Source of the DNA: Mobula hypostoma | Lineage: Eukaryota | DNA: 64,000 nt | Direction: 5' to 3' | NCBI RefSeq assembly: GCF_963921235.1 | Contig: NC_086101.1 | Coordinates: 151,466,001-151,530,000, forward strand | Shown: in pieces, positions 10,506 to 23,456 of the stretch | How the letters are laid out: every line of letters begins with the position of its first letter | Position numbering within the stretch: position 1 is the stretch's first letter | Notes under the pieces: generated by a model | Told to the model about the DNA's origin: nothing | Seen by the model: the letters and a program-made list of their open reading frames with translations, nothing else | Database searches by the model: none | Program-made: the position numbers and the translations under genes

Positions 10506-12689
10506 ACATGTACTATATATACTGAAGATACATGTTATATATTATAATTCTGATTAATTTTAACAATTTTAAATTTTTTTAGCAATGCCTTATTGATTGT
10601 GAATACAATTAAAAGCATTTAAAAGTTTCAACATTTTCAACAGCTTCAATGGTCGGCTGAGCTGATTGATTTCTCAGCTGTGTTATGGTTTAGACCTATT
10701 CTGGACACCACCTCTCCCTTGTGACCCAGCATCATCCATCCCATGCATTGCCGAAGGTCCTAAAGCAATATGGAAGTCATCCTACTACTGACTAGCCAGA
10801 ATTCTTAATGGAGGTTTTAGTCAGGAGATCCACAGTAGATAAGATCAAAGACTCTCCACAGAGTCAATAGGGACGCTGGTAAGTAAATTCTGACTGCCAA
10901 CTCAGGTTACTAGCTGCTGCAAATGTAGTCATTGCCAAATACAATCAGCTTGAGTGGGAGCTGTGTTAGAAGTGCTAGATGTTATAACATATAATTGATG
11001 TGTCCTTTTGAAACTGGACGATGTAATTGCTTAGTGTTCTGGAAACAAACAGCTCATTTATAGAGGGGATGTGTTGTAGACAGAGGCTGCATGGTTCTGC
11101 TCCGTAACTAATGTAGTTTCATCTCTATGATGTCAATTACTTAGTCTTTATTTTGCAATACATGATCTGTGGTACAAATTGCTCTGTTTGCCACATTGGG
11201 AAGGGGGAGGTGCCAATGATACAATCACATGCTGTCAGTATGCAGAGAAAGTGACTGTAGTGACAATTAGCCTGCAATGCTAATTGGATGCATGGTCATT
11301 GAACAACTGCGGCCATGCCGTAGGAAATGTTAGTCGCAGCATATGCAGGGATAAATGCAATTGTGGAATGGAAGATGGAGTTGAGGGGACTGGGAGTGTG
11401 ATTCAGGGGGTCAATGAACAGGAGAACAGTGTCAAGGTTGATTGGCAGATATAGGACTGGGGTTATTGAGGAGGGGTGGGAGATAATGCCAAGTGAATGA
11501 GGAGCTGGAGCCAGTTTTATTCAGAGGCTGTACAGGTCAGTACTGTGAGGGCGCAGGGTATCAGGGAAATGAGAGTAAGGTGCTGAATGTGGAATCTGAG
11601 ATTGTCGGGTGGGACTTTAAAACATTAGACTCTAATGTGAAACCAAATATTTAACGTTCTTTTGCCTCATTGTGTATCCTTTACTGTCGCACTTCTTAAC
11701 ACCCACATCCACATCTACACATCCAAACTGAATTTTCCAGCCCAGATCAGCAAACCACTTTCTCAATTCGTTTCCATAACTTATATTTCTGAGAAATAAC
11801 AAATACTTTTTTTTAAAGAGGTCAATGAAGTAGTTAAGGAAGCTTTTGGGATCATATGTTTTTCTTAATAATGTGACAAAGTAATTGGTTTACAGGCACA
11901 GGCTAGGATTCTAGGCAATACACAGTTATCCTTTGGAGAAATCCATCTTCAGTCTTTCTTTGACCATGACAGGGACAACGTGCTGCCCTTTCCAAGTTAA
12001 AAGAAGATTGTAATGGAATAATTTGTAATGAGAAATGGATTACAAACATTTTCAACCTGACACTATTTTTCCTGCAAAAAAACACAATACACAGCATTCA
12101 TTTTTTTCCACATTTCATTAATATTGGCCAAAGACAGTTTAGTCCATGAGAAAAGTATTTTTGGGTGCCTGCCACTTTAAGAGAACATCATTGTCGTGGA
12201 ATGTAAAAATCTGCTGAATGAGTTCAGATTGTTATTACGCCTAAATCAATTCCTAGTATTTAGTTTGTGAATAATTGTGGCTGCTGATAATGGTGCTTTA
12301 TTTTTATTAAGGATTAACATTTTTCATTTTTGCTCTTTCAAAAGAAAGCAAATAATTCATAACTCTGTCAATAAGTAACTAAGGTATCTCCATGTCCTGT
12401 GCTCTTTACTTATTTTAAACCATATGTTGGCATGGTTTCCAGTATATAAACATTTCTGACTGTGAGCAATACGTATACTTCGCTTTGGGGTGTGAATCCC
12501 TATTGTAGTTAGATAACATTCAAGAACTGCTCAATATCATGTTCATGTTGTATTATAGTTTAAAAAAGATTTTTTTTCGGTTGAGTACTAAAATTAACAT
12601 TGGTATGTCTTTAATCTTTATGAGTTTTGATTGATTCCAGGTGGGATGATTCAAGCAACCAGAGGAAATGAACAAAGTTAAACATCATT

Positions 12690-13040
12690 GAGAGGAGATT
12701 TCATAGAGGTCTACAAAATTATGAGGGGTATAGATAGGTAGGGTAAATGCAAGCAGGCTTTTTCCACTGAGGTTGGGTGGGACTACAACCAGAGGTCATG
12801 GATTAAGGGCGAAAGATGAAAAGTTTAAGGGGAACATCAGGGGAAACTTCTTCACTCAGAAGGTTCTGAGAGTGTGGAATTGAATTCCAACGTTTAAGCG
12901 AAGTTTGGATAGGCACATATACAAACATAGTAGCGGTGTGGAGGGCTATTGTCCCGATACAGGTCAATGGGAGTAGACAGTTCAAATTCTTTCGGCATGA
13001 ACTAGATGAGCCAAAGGGCCTAATCTATGCTGTACATCTC
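12690..13040 (+). mobile_element. CR1 3' end
   Basis: LRGDFIEVYKIMRGIDR..TRGHGL..NFFTQ-like coding followed by CR1 3' UTR. Confidence 0.85.
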
Positions 13041-13554
13041 TGTGGCATAGTGTACTGTTTATCAACGGATTGCAATTAGAAATTGCAAAAGCTCAGACTA
13101 ACAACTAATTTAGTCACATGTGCTTCCTGCCAGTAGAAAAATAAACAAATAACAATTCTGGGCATACACAGATCTCTTTTAGATTGGCATATGAGCAGTC
13201 AGTGGATTGGCTGTTGCAAGTGATAGGTTAATGGAGAAGTGCATCTCTGCACTGAAAGTACAGAATAGTGTTTATGATGAAGCTACTTACTATTTCTTCA
13301 TTGGTTTATGGAAATTTTGGGAATAGTTTTCTTCACCTCCACTCTACAAAGGTTTACTTAAATTAGTCTATACAAAAGAATAATCAGCACTTGACCCAAT
13401 ATCTCATCCGTTTAGACTGAGAATGTTAACAATAGAGACTGAAAAGTGTTGAGAAAATGTTTATATAACAAAATGTTTCACATTATTTGCAACAATGCTT
13501 AAAATTGATTTCAGTTCAAAGTTAGGGGTACATAACATAACTTTTAATTTTCTG

Positions 13555-13850
13555 GACCATTGATCCAGAGGCATGAGTTCTAATCCCAGCATGGAATTTA
13601 ATCCAAGCAGTCAAATAAATCGTAATTTCAAAGAAAGTTAGTCTCAGTAATGTACCACAAAACTACCAGGTTATTATAAATACCCTTCTACTTAATGAAT
13701 GCCTTTCCAGAAAGGAAATCCTTTGTCTTTCTAGTTGAGAAGTGACTCTAGACTTAATGGTGTTGAATTTTAAATACTTCATTGATAGGCAAGTAAAAAT
13801 AGAGAAATCATTGCCAATGACATCCATATCTTGTGATTGAACAAATAAAG
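13555..13850 (+). mobile_element. Degraded tRNA-derived SINE sharing its 3' tail with the LINE at 8480
   Basis: B-box-like gagttctaatccc, central aaggaaatc..gtgactctagac, tail gccaatgacatccatatc..aataaa. Confidence 0.45.
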
Positions 13851-14099
13851 AAATATGCATTGGGTATGCATGAAATGAATTCCAGTCAGTAACATTAGTC
13901 TGTACCTTTGGAGTTTGTGCTGTACTCATGCCTAGGAATCCAATGTGAAGATGATATAGTTCTTGATATCACTTGAACTACTGAGGGTGAATGTCGAGGC
14001 AAATGACTTTTAATTTGAACTTCCTCAAACATGAAACAAAGAACAATTTAATTTTATTTCAAGACTGCTTTGCAAAGAAAAACTGCTGAAATATGGTCA

Positions 14100-14240
14100 G
14101 TTTTCTCATGACTGTACATTGCAGTAAGCAATGTGATAATGACAATCTATTTTTGTGATGTTGCTTGAGGGTTGGTGAGTACAGGACCCCAATAAGCTGT
14201 TTCTCATAGCACTTTGAGATAGATCTCATCTGACCCTGGG
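14100..14240 (-). mobile_element. Deu-domain SINE remnant
   Basis: agcaatgtgataatgac..tttttgtgatgttg.ttgaggg motif. Related remnants at about 17640-17850 and 55810-55950. Confidence 0.45.
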
Positions 14241-15720
14241 GATTTATTCTTTCTCTTATGTTCTTAAGGTACTTAATTCTTTGCACCTTCTTAATACTGA
14301 CGTGCTCCAGATATCCCTCCCTGAATTCACTCAGTGCATACAGAGGAAGTCCACTACTCTTGTTTAAAATAGTGCAAAGGAATCTGTATCATCAATCTCA
14401 CAGTGAGATGCAGCGTGGGAATTGGCCACAGTAACCATTAACGGCCCGTTTACACTAATGCTACCTGAAAATTAGCATAGCTGAACATTAATTATAAGAG
14501 AAGCTGCTTGGTAGGCTAGTTCACGAACTACTATAACCCTATTGCTTTTACAACTTTCTGTGCTTTCCTCAAGTTTCTGTTCTTCTAATTCCTGTTGACA
14601 ATTGGGAGGCTTCAGTCATAGGAATAGCTCCAGTAAAGTGATGGGTTTTCTCTTGTTCCTAAACTCTACCTAAATGGCCTCATGGATGATTCCTCCAGAA
14701 TATCCTCTCCACATACTGGGAACTGCTGTGATGTTCTCATCAACGATTGTAGGAGTACAGAGTGTAGGAGATTTATGTGAAAATGTTATTGTCCAAGGTG
14801 GAAAATATAGAAGAGTCCAAGCCTGCACACACTTTGAAAAACCTGATGATAACTGGCATCTTGGAGCCTTATAGGTACTTGAAGGGGAAAATTGAACTGG
14901 TTACAATTACCAATTGATTCTGTATTATTAATACCATATACAGAAATCTCACATTAGTAGTTTGTTAAATATGTAAGTATTTAATCAGTTTTGTAAGAAA
15001 GAAATTGGGAGGGCAAAAAGGAGCCATGAAATAAACTTGGTAGGTAAGATTAAAGAGTATGCTGAGTTATTCTGCAAATATATTGGGAGTAAGAATTAGC
15101 CAAAGAAGTAGTAGGCACCAATGTATGGAGCCAGGGGATTTTAGCAAGGTATTTTCATCTGTATTCACCAAAGAGAAGAACATGGAGGATAGTAGGCTCA
15201 GGGAGTGATATGCTAATGGTCTGGAGCAAATCAGCATAAAGGAAGGAACAAAGCGTTAGGTAATTTGAGAATCTATAAGAATGAATAAACAGTCAGATAC
15301 AATCTATCCCAGAATGCAATGAGTGGAAAAGCAAATTGTGCAGAAGATACGGAGAGTCTGCAGAGAGATATGGATAAGTTAAGAGAGTGGGCAAGGGTCT
15401 GGCAGATGGAGTACAATGTTGGTAAATGTGAGGTCATCCACTTTGGAAGGAAAAATGAAAGAGCAGATTATTATTTAAATGGTAAAAGCTTGCAGCATGC
15501 TGTTGTGCAGAAGGACTTGGAAGTGCTTGAGAATGAATCACAAAAAGTTGGTTTGCAGGTGCAGCAGGCTATCAAGAAGGCAAATGGAATGTTGGCCTTC
15601 ATTGCTAGAGGGATTGAATTTAAGAGTAGGGAGGTTATGTTGCAGTTGTACAGGGTACTGGTAAGGCCACACCTGGAGTACTGCACGCAGTTCTAGTCTC
15701 CTTACTTGAGGAAGAATATA

Positions 15721-15879
15721 AAAACACAAACACGAAGAAATCTGCAGATGCTGGAAATTCAAGCAACACACACAAAATGCTGGTGGAATGCAGCAGGCCA
15801 GGCAGCATCTATAGGAAGAGGTACAGTTGACGTTTCGGGCCAAGACCCTTCATCAGGACGTTGACTGTACTTCTTCCTA
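15721..15879 (-). mobile_element. Short PLE pLTR insertion with hammerhead and fold-back end, 15-bp TSD
   Basis: ttgaggaagaatata occurs at 15706-15720 and 15880-15894. 15859-15879 is an inverted copy of about 15812-15832. Confidence 0.9.
15824..15859 (-). ncRNA. Minimal hammerhead ribozyme core
   Basis: Reverse complement gtc-CTGATGA-a-gggtcttggccc-GAAA-cGTC-aactg; stem I is weakened. Confidence 0.6.
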
Positions 15880-16699
15880 TTGAGGAAGAATATACTGGCT
15901 TTGGAGGCGGTGCAGAGAAGGTTCACAGTTGATTCCAGAGATGAGGGGTTTAGACTATGAGGAGAGATTGAGTCACCTGGGACTGTATTCGCTGGAATTC
16001 AGAAGAATGAGAGGAGATCCTATAGAAACATATAAAATTAAGAAAGGGATAGATAAGATAGAGGCACTGGTAGGTGAGACTTGAACTAGGGTCATAGCCT
16101 CAAGATTCTGGGGAGTAGATTTAGGATGGAGATAAGGAGGAACCGCTTCTCCCAGAGAGTGGGGAATCTGTGGAATTCTCTGCCCAATGAAGCAATGACT
16201 CTCTGTAAATATATTTAAGACAAAGTTGAATAGATTTTTGCACAGTAGGGGAATTAAGGGCTTTGGGGAAAAGGCAGGTAGGTGGAGATGAGTCCACGGC
16301 TAGATCAGCCATGACCTTATTGAATGGTGGAGCAGGCTTGATGAGCCAGATGGCCTACTCCTGATCCTATTTCCTATGTTCTTATGAGAAACAATGGAGA
16401 AAATTGTTTGGGTCCTGTTGGGGATCTTTGCATCTTTGTTAGACACAGGTGATGTTCCAGAAGATTGGAGGATAAGGAATGTTCAACATTTGTTAAATTC
16501 AGCAGGGATGTCGGGAATGACAGTACTGGGAGCTTTATGTCCATGGAAGGGAAATTATTTGAGCAAATACTAAGGGAGACTTGCGTACATTTGGAATGGA
16601 CTAACAGGGAGAGTCAGCGTAGTTTGGTGCATTAAAAGTCTTGTCTCACTAATTTGAATAAGGTTTTTGAGGAGGTAACAACGGAGGTTGATGAACACA

Positions 16700-17345
16700 T
16701 ATCAGTCCATATTGAGGAGTCAGCAATGGAAAGAATGAGTAGCTTCAAGTTCTTGAACTCAACATCTCAGAGGATCTATCTTAAGCCCAACACCTTGATG
16801 CAATCATGAAGAAGGCATGCTAACACCTCCACTTCATTAGAAGTGTAAGGGGATTTGGTATGTCACCAAAAACTCTTACAAATTTCTATGGTGGAGAGCT
16901 TTCAGACTGGGTGTAACTCAGCCTAGTATGAAGGCTCCAATGCACAGGAATGCAAGAAGCTGCAGAGGGATGTACAGTCAGCCATTACCATCCCAGGATT
17001 AACCCTCCTCACCATTTAGGACATCTGCAACAGGCGGTGCCTCAGGAATGTGGCAGCCATCTCTTCAGACCCTCATTATCTGGGACATGCTCTCTTCTCA
17101 CTACTGTCATCAGGAAGGAGGTACAGGAGCTAAAGACCCACACTCAACAACTCAGAAATAGCTTCTTCTCTGCCATCAGATTTCTGAACATGTCATGGAT
17201 CCATGAACACTACCTTGTTAGTCTATCTTTTTGCACTATTTATTTATTTTGTAATTTATAGTGAATCTATGTCTTTGCACCATACTGCTGCCAGAAAACA
17301 ACAAATTTCATGTCAGCTAAATCAGTGATAATAATTCCGATTCAG
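16700..17345 (+). mobile_element. Rex1/Babar LINE 3' fragment
   Basis: agcttcaagttcttg..aacatctcagaggatct; LKTHTQQLRNSFFSAIRFLN; tail gataataattccgattcag. Confidence 0.8.
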
Positions 17346-17931
17346 AAGTAATGGATGCCACATCCTTGAGCCACCACCATTACCCTCCTACTTCTGTTTT
17401 CTTGTGTTTTGTGTTCCTTCCAATGTCTGTCATTATTTGTAAACTACTCTGGAAGGTCTGATGTCTTCAAAGGTGTGTTTTGCAAAGATGCAAAGGAGGC
17501 ACAGCAAAAAAAGATGGTTTTGTTTTGTTGTGCCTCCTTTGCTTCTCTGGTACTTAAATCAATGGCAGATCTACCTTGGTTCTAATTTACCACCTCCTTA
17601 CCTTGAAACTGTGTCTCTTCATTCGAGGTTCACCCACAAGTAAAGCCACTGCAACAGTGAAAAAATACGGTGACTAATTGAGGCAAGCTCCACAAGCTGC
17701 TATGTGGTAATGACAATTATTCTCTGTTTAAATGATATTGTTTCACAGACCATATCAGTTTAGAAGATTAAAAACAACTCTCATACTCATTTTCAAACCA
17801 GTGGCATTTTTTGCATCCACCATGGAAGGATTAGTAACATACCTGAAAGGTGAGCACAATTAAAGAATAAGCAGTATGAACACTTCTGGGAGCCTGCTTT
17901 GAAAACCTTGTCTGCAAATAATCTGAACAAT

Positions 17932-20072
17932 CATCATCATCTTCAGGTGCCGTGCCCAGTTTGAGCTTTGACTGCCATGGCCCACACAATCATGTTTCGG
18001 GTCAAGTGGATCAATTCATTGGTATTCATTTCCAATTCTTTGGCTGCTGTCTCCATCATCATTTGTCTTTGCCTTCCTCTTGCTTTCTTCTTTTCAGTCT
18101 TTCCCATAATTACCGTGCATTCTAATTCCTCTTTCCTAATCACATGTCCAATGAAGTTACGTTGCCTTTTCATGATCTCATACATTATTTCTCTTTTTGT
18201 GTTTGCTCTGTTCATGACATCCTTGTTAGATATTCGTCTTGTCCATGATATTCTTTGCATCCTCCTCAAAAACACATCTCTGCTGCTACAATTTGTTTCC
18301 TCATGTTACTAGATATTGTCCAACATTCTGAGCCATATAACATAACTGGATAAATGTAACATTTCAGTACTCTGAAGCGGGTTGTCATGCCTAGTTTAGT
18401 ATTGGTCAGTATATTCTTCATTCTCGTAAAGGTGTCGTTTGCCATCCCTATTCTTCTTTTGATGTCCAAGTTGCACCTGCCATCTGATGTCACCCAACTT
18501 CCTAAGTAGCAAAAGTTCTTTACTTGTTTTATATCTTCGCCATTTATTCTCAGCCTGCAGATAGGATTCTCCTTCTTTTTGCATATCACCATACATTCTG
18601 TCTTTTTGCAATTGATAGATAGACCCATTTTTGCACTTTCTTCAGCAATTATATCAATTAAGTTTTGTAGTTCTTCCTCTGTACTTGCAATTAACACACT
18701 GTCATCTGCATATCTGAAATTATTGATATTTTCACCGCCAACTTTGATTCCCAAGATGTCTCTTATTTTTGTAATATTATTTCACTGTACACATTAAATA
18801 AATCAGGAGAGAAAACACACCCTTGTCTAACGCCTCTCTTGATTTTCGTAAACTGACTCACTTCTCCATCTATTCTTACAGCGGCAGTTTGTTCCCAGTA
18901 CAGATTTCTGATTAGGGAGATGTCTTTCGAATCTAGATCTAGAGTTTTCTGTAATATTTCAAATAACTTATTCTGCTTCACTTTATCAAATGCTTTTGTA
19001 TAGTCGATAAAACAAACAAACAAATCTTTTTGCACTTGAATAGCTCGCTCTGGTGGTATCCTTAACATCAATATCGCATTTTTTGTACCTTTGTCTTTCA
19101 CAAAACCACATTGTTCTTTACCTATTTCAGCTTGTATCTTACTTTTAGCTCTTGTCATCAAAATTCTTAGAAGTATCTTGGTGATATGACACATTAAACT
19201 TATTGTCCTATGTAATTCATATTCTATTGCTCCAGCTTTCTTAGGAAGAGTGATAAATACTGATTTTTTCATCTCTTCTGGTATTATTCAAGTCTCATAA
19301 ATGTCATTGATTAAATCAGTAAGTTTTTCAATTCCATAATCTTCAAGGGCAATAATTTGTTCTATTGCTAATTCATCAGAACCTGCTGCCTTTCCTTTCT
19401 TCATCTTATTTATTGCACTACGAACTTCAGATTTTAAAATACTTGGACCTTCAATGTTTTTCTTAATTTCTGGTTTTTCGCCGCGATCATTTTCAAACAA
19501 TTCCTGAATATACTCAGTTCATCTGTTCATAATCTCATCTTTTTTCATGATAATGGTACTGTCCTTTGCTTTCAAACATCCACCTGAAGAACAGAGGAGC
19601 TTCTTACCAGTGATATTCTTGATTTGTTGATGTAACCTTTTTGGATCAGTAATAGGGATTCTTTCTATTTGCTCACATTCCTGGTTTAACCATTTTTCTT
19701 TGGATTTTTGACATAAGCTTTTAACTTTTTTATCTAAGGACTTATATTCTATAGGATTTGCTTTCTTCTGTCTCCTTTCTTCCATTAAATTTTTGATTTC
19801 ATCTGTCATCTATTTATTCTTCGTGCTTTTTTCTTTTTTATGAATCACTGACTTTGCTGATTCTCCCAAGGCATCCTTTAGAGAGTTAAATTTCATTTCT
19901 ACATAATTGCTATCATCTTCAACAGATTCTATTTCTAGACTTTGAAATCTATTCCTTACTTCAAATGTAAATTTTTGTGTTAAGTTTTCTTCTTTAATTA
20001 ATTGCAAGTAGTCAAGGGATTGTTCAGGTTTTTGCTTCTTTAGTTTTTTAAGTTTTACTTTTACATGACATA
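17932..20072 (-). mobile_element. RTE-clade (BovB-like) non-LTR retrotransposon, 5'-truncated, full RT domain with stops and frameshifts
   Basis: KRGVRQGCVFSPDLFN, INNFRYADD, CYLGSWVTSDG, PVMLYGSECW; (tga)n tail at 17932-17945; 9-bp TSD ctgaacaat at 17923-17931 and 20073-20081. Confidence 0.93.
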
Positions 20073-20174
20073 CTGAACAATAGTTTCTTTATTATGGAGT
20101 GGAAGGACCATTCTGATTATATATTTATCTTTGAAACTATAAATTTACTTTTGATTGTATGGCAAGTTTTCAAC

Positions 20175-20400
20175 TAGATTTCAACTATTTAGGCAGGAGA
20201 TATAGTAACCTGAAGTTTCATACTCAATGATTCAGAAACTGCTTCTTCCCCTCCATCATCAGAGTCCTCATTGTTCCTTCTTGTTGCAATCTATATTTAT
20301 TTCTGTAATTAATAGTAATTTTATGTCCTTCCACTCTACTGCTGCCACAAAACAATAAATTTCACATCACTTGGGTCAGTGATAATAAATCTGGTTCTGT
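20175..20400 (+). mobile_element. Rex1/Babar 3' end
   Basis: ggcaggagatatagtaacctgaag..tcagaaactgcttcttcccctccatcatcaga; tail gtgataataaatctggttctg. Confidence 0.7.
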
Positions 20401-20988
20401 AATTACACTGGAGTTTTCTAATTGTTCTGTGATTATGGTAGTGACCCAGATATCATGAGTTTGAATTTCTAAAGCAAGTTATTACAATAAATTCAGTAAA
20501 AATGTTTCAATCAAAACCAATCACAGCATTTTTCATCATGAAAATTTTCATAGAATTTAATTAGTGTAAAAGAGTCACAGAAATCCCGATCCAATCAGAA
20601 CCAGGTATTATTCCAATTTCCCACTATGTGATTGTATAATTACCATATCCTAACATGGCAGCCAGTTGGAAAAGATGTGGGAAGGGAGAAGCAAGTCAGC
20701 ACAATGGGGGAAGATTAGATGTTATTATAAGGATAGAATGACTGACTCAATCTCTGTCCAGTCAGCACTTGTATGACTGATGTCTATTGACCAACAGACT
20801 GCAGATTCATACTCGCCTTCTCTGTAACTGGCATTCAAGGATGCTGGTGAAAATTTTCTCAGCAACTACAGAGCACCGGACTATATGCAGCTGGTTAACA
20901 GCATGTTTCAAGCAACATGTCACTAAAGATTCATTTTCTGAATTCCCATTTAGACCTCCCTGCAAATCTTGGCACTGTAAGTGAAGAG

Positions 20989-22000
20989 ATGCCCTCACCC
21001 GCATCTCCTCCATTTCCCGCACTTCGGCCCTCAACCCATCCTCCTGCCACCACAACAGGGACAGAGTTCCCCTTGTCCTCACCTACCACCCCACTAGACT
21101 CCAGATCCAGCACATTATCCTCCTCAACTTCCGCCACCTTCAACAGGACCTCACCACTAAGCACATCTTTCCCTCTCCGCTTTCCGCAGGGATCATTTCT
21201 TCTGCAACTCCCTGGTCCACACGTTCCTCCCCATGGATCTCCCACCCGGCACTTATCCCTGAAAGCGTAAGTGCGACACCTGTCCCTCTCTTGCCACCAT
21301 TCAGGGCCCCAAACAGTCCTTCCAGGTAAGGCAACACTTCACTTGTGAGTCTGTTGGGGTCATCTATTGCATCCGGTGCTCCCGGTGCGGCCTCCTCTAC
21401 ATCGGTGAGACCCGATGCAGATTGGGGGACCGCTTCGTCGAGCACCTCCGCTCCGTCTGTCACAACAGACAGGATCTCCCGGTTGCCACCCACTTCAACT
21501 CTGCTTCCCATTCCCATTCGGATATGTCCATACATGGCCTCCTCTACTGCCATGATGAGGCTAAACTCAGGTTGGAGGAGCAACACCTCATATACCATCT
21601 AGGTAGTCTCCAGCCCCCTGGAATGAACATTGAATTCTCCGACTTCCAGTAATTCCCTCCTTCTCCCTTCCCCTATCCCATTTTCACTCTGCCCCCTCCC
21701 CCAGCTGCCTACTACCTCCCTCATGGTTCCGCCTCCTTCTACTACCCATTGTGCTTTCCCCTATTCCTTCTTCACCTTTCCTGCCTATCCCCTCCCTGCT
21801 TCCCCTCCCCCACCCCTTTATCTTTCCCCTTACTGGTTTTTCACCTGGAATCTACCAGCCTTCTCCTTCCCACCCTCCCCCCACCCTCCTTATAGGGCCT
21901 CTGCCCTCTTCAGTCCTGATGAAGAATTCCGGCCCGAAATGTTGACTGATCGTTTCCACTTATGCTGCCCGACCTGCTGAGTTCCTCCAGCGTGTTGTGA
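20989..22000 (+). mobile_element. PLE (Neptune-like) 3' part: linker, GIY-YIG endonuclease, pLTR with hammerhead
   Basis: GVIYCIRCSRCGLLYIGET..RFVEHLRSV..VATHFN..MNIEFS; pyrimidine-rich 3' UTR; hammerhead at 21911-21948. Confidence 0.92.
21911..21948 (+). ncRNA. Degenerate hammerhead ribozyme in PLE pLTR
   Basis: cagtc-CTGATGA-a-gaattccggccc-GAAA-tgtt-gactg; stem I is perfect, stems II and III are mutated. Confidence 0.55.
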
Positions 22001-23171
22001 GCATGATGAAAAGTTTTGCCAAGATTTTGCAGTCATGGAGAAACAGTACTGGGGCAACTGGAATTCATCAATGCTGACTGATTATTGTTGGACACTCAAG
22101 GGAGAAGCCTCAGACACTGAGTTCAAATGGAAACCGTCAACAAAACATGCTTAGCTTCGTTGAACTATTGCATAACATCAGCACCGTAATGCAATTAAAT
22201 GCACTGTATTAAATAAAAGTTAATTACTTGTTTCTCCAAATGTCTACATGATACATGTAGTAAATAATAATTGTGTTCAGTTTCAAGTAGTCTATCATAA
22301 CCACAAAAAATTCTGAGGGAATAATACTTTCGAAAAAATTTGCTGTCCGGTAATATCTCTGAAAATATTGTAGTATTATAGAAGTAGAACTTTCTGACAT
22401 AGAAGTATTTGATGGAAGCAGATGGAAGCATGTATAATGGGTAATGACTTAAAGCTGTATCATTGGTGTAGGCTTTGTAAAATATAAACATTGTTTGTTA
22501 GTGAATGTTCATCCAAATGCAAATTGTCTAATATATGAACGTAAAAGCCAGTAAACAGCACCTATATTACAAATTAATCAGCAGCTTGTCTGGTACCTGA
22601 AAAGGAGCTGTTATTTATGCTGCACCATATTGCAGGTAATAGTGATGTAGCAGCTAAGTTCCTGTTTAATAACATGCTATCTTTTCAACAAGTTGCATTA
22701 AGTAGCAAATTAAGATCTTTATATCTATTAAATGCCGCAAATTCAAAATCACACAATGATGAAATGGTTCCTATTCCAATTTCATTTGGAGCTTAAAATA
22801 AGAATTCTGTCAGCGAACCCCAACTCTCAAGCTGCAAAATTATGTGGTACTAAATTTTGACAAAAAGTATATTTGTTGGCAGAATATTCACTTGCATAAT
22901 CTGAAGAACTAAATTGCTTTCCTACAATTTTAACTGTCATGCAACTGGAAAAAAGTCTGGTGCTACAAGAGATTCAGAGTTAGTTGCATTTCTGCAATAT
23001 TTGTTATAGCTGATTGGGTACAGGCACGCTCAATGGAGAGAACCTGTGGAGATATGTTCCATGGCCATTAACTTCATTTCAAGTATCCCATCATAATGAC
23101 CATCTGCTGCCAGAAAATGGGACAGAGATTTTGTATGCGCAAGTCAAAGAAAGAACTGTGGTCAGAATTTC

Positions 23172-23422
23172 ATATCTGATTAGTTCAGATTTATCGAAAT
23201 GTACAGTGATGTATCATTTGTGCTAACAACCAACACACCCAAGGATGTGATTGGGGCAGTCTGCAAGTGTCGCCACACATTCTGGTGCCAACGTAGGATG
23301 CCCACAATGTTCCACAGCACAACACAAGCAGCAGCAGCACCAATAGCAATAAAACAAAACAAAGCAACAAAATAAGCCCCTTCCTATCTCTCTCTCTCAC
23401 GTGCGCGTGGGCACGCGCGCGC

Positions 23423-23456
<34 letters not shown>

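Larger units (their letters stand above)
15324..16383 (+). mobile_element. 5'-truncated CR1 (ORF2 C-terminus plus 3' UTR)
   Basis: WQMEYNVGKCEVIHFG, LVRPHLEYC; tail ttcctatgttcttatg. Confidence 0.92.
14997..16695 (+). mobile_element. Older CR1 fragment split by a younger CR1
   Basis: CR1 linker/RT-like sequence at 14997-15323 continues at 16384-16695. atgag is repeated at both junctions. Confidence 0.7.
20829..22350 (+). mobile_element. Chapaev-type (CMC superfamily) DNA transposon 3' part, interrupted by a PLE
   Basis: AFKDAGENFLSNYRAPDY..MSLKIHFLNSHLD..LGTVSEE (to 20988) rejoins HDEKFCQDFAVMEKQYWGNWNSSMLTDYCWTL..* (22002-22154). Putative right terminus aaaaatttgctgtccggt at about 22333-22350. 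Family assignment is from motif recall. Confidence 0.72.

Noticed and set aside
14674-14874. 66-aa ATG ORF in non-repeat sequence
   Set aside because: No homology, motif or splice support visible.
21345-21980. Near-identical ORFs repeated at 47437-48070 suggesting paralogous genes
   Set aside because: They are alternative frames and UTR of two copies of one PLE subfamily.
23387-23452. Alternating purine-pyrimidine tract with Z-DNA potential
   Set aside because: It is an ordinary microsatellite within a retroelement UTR, with no evidence of function.
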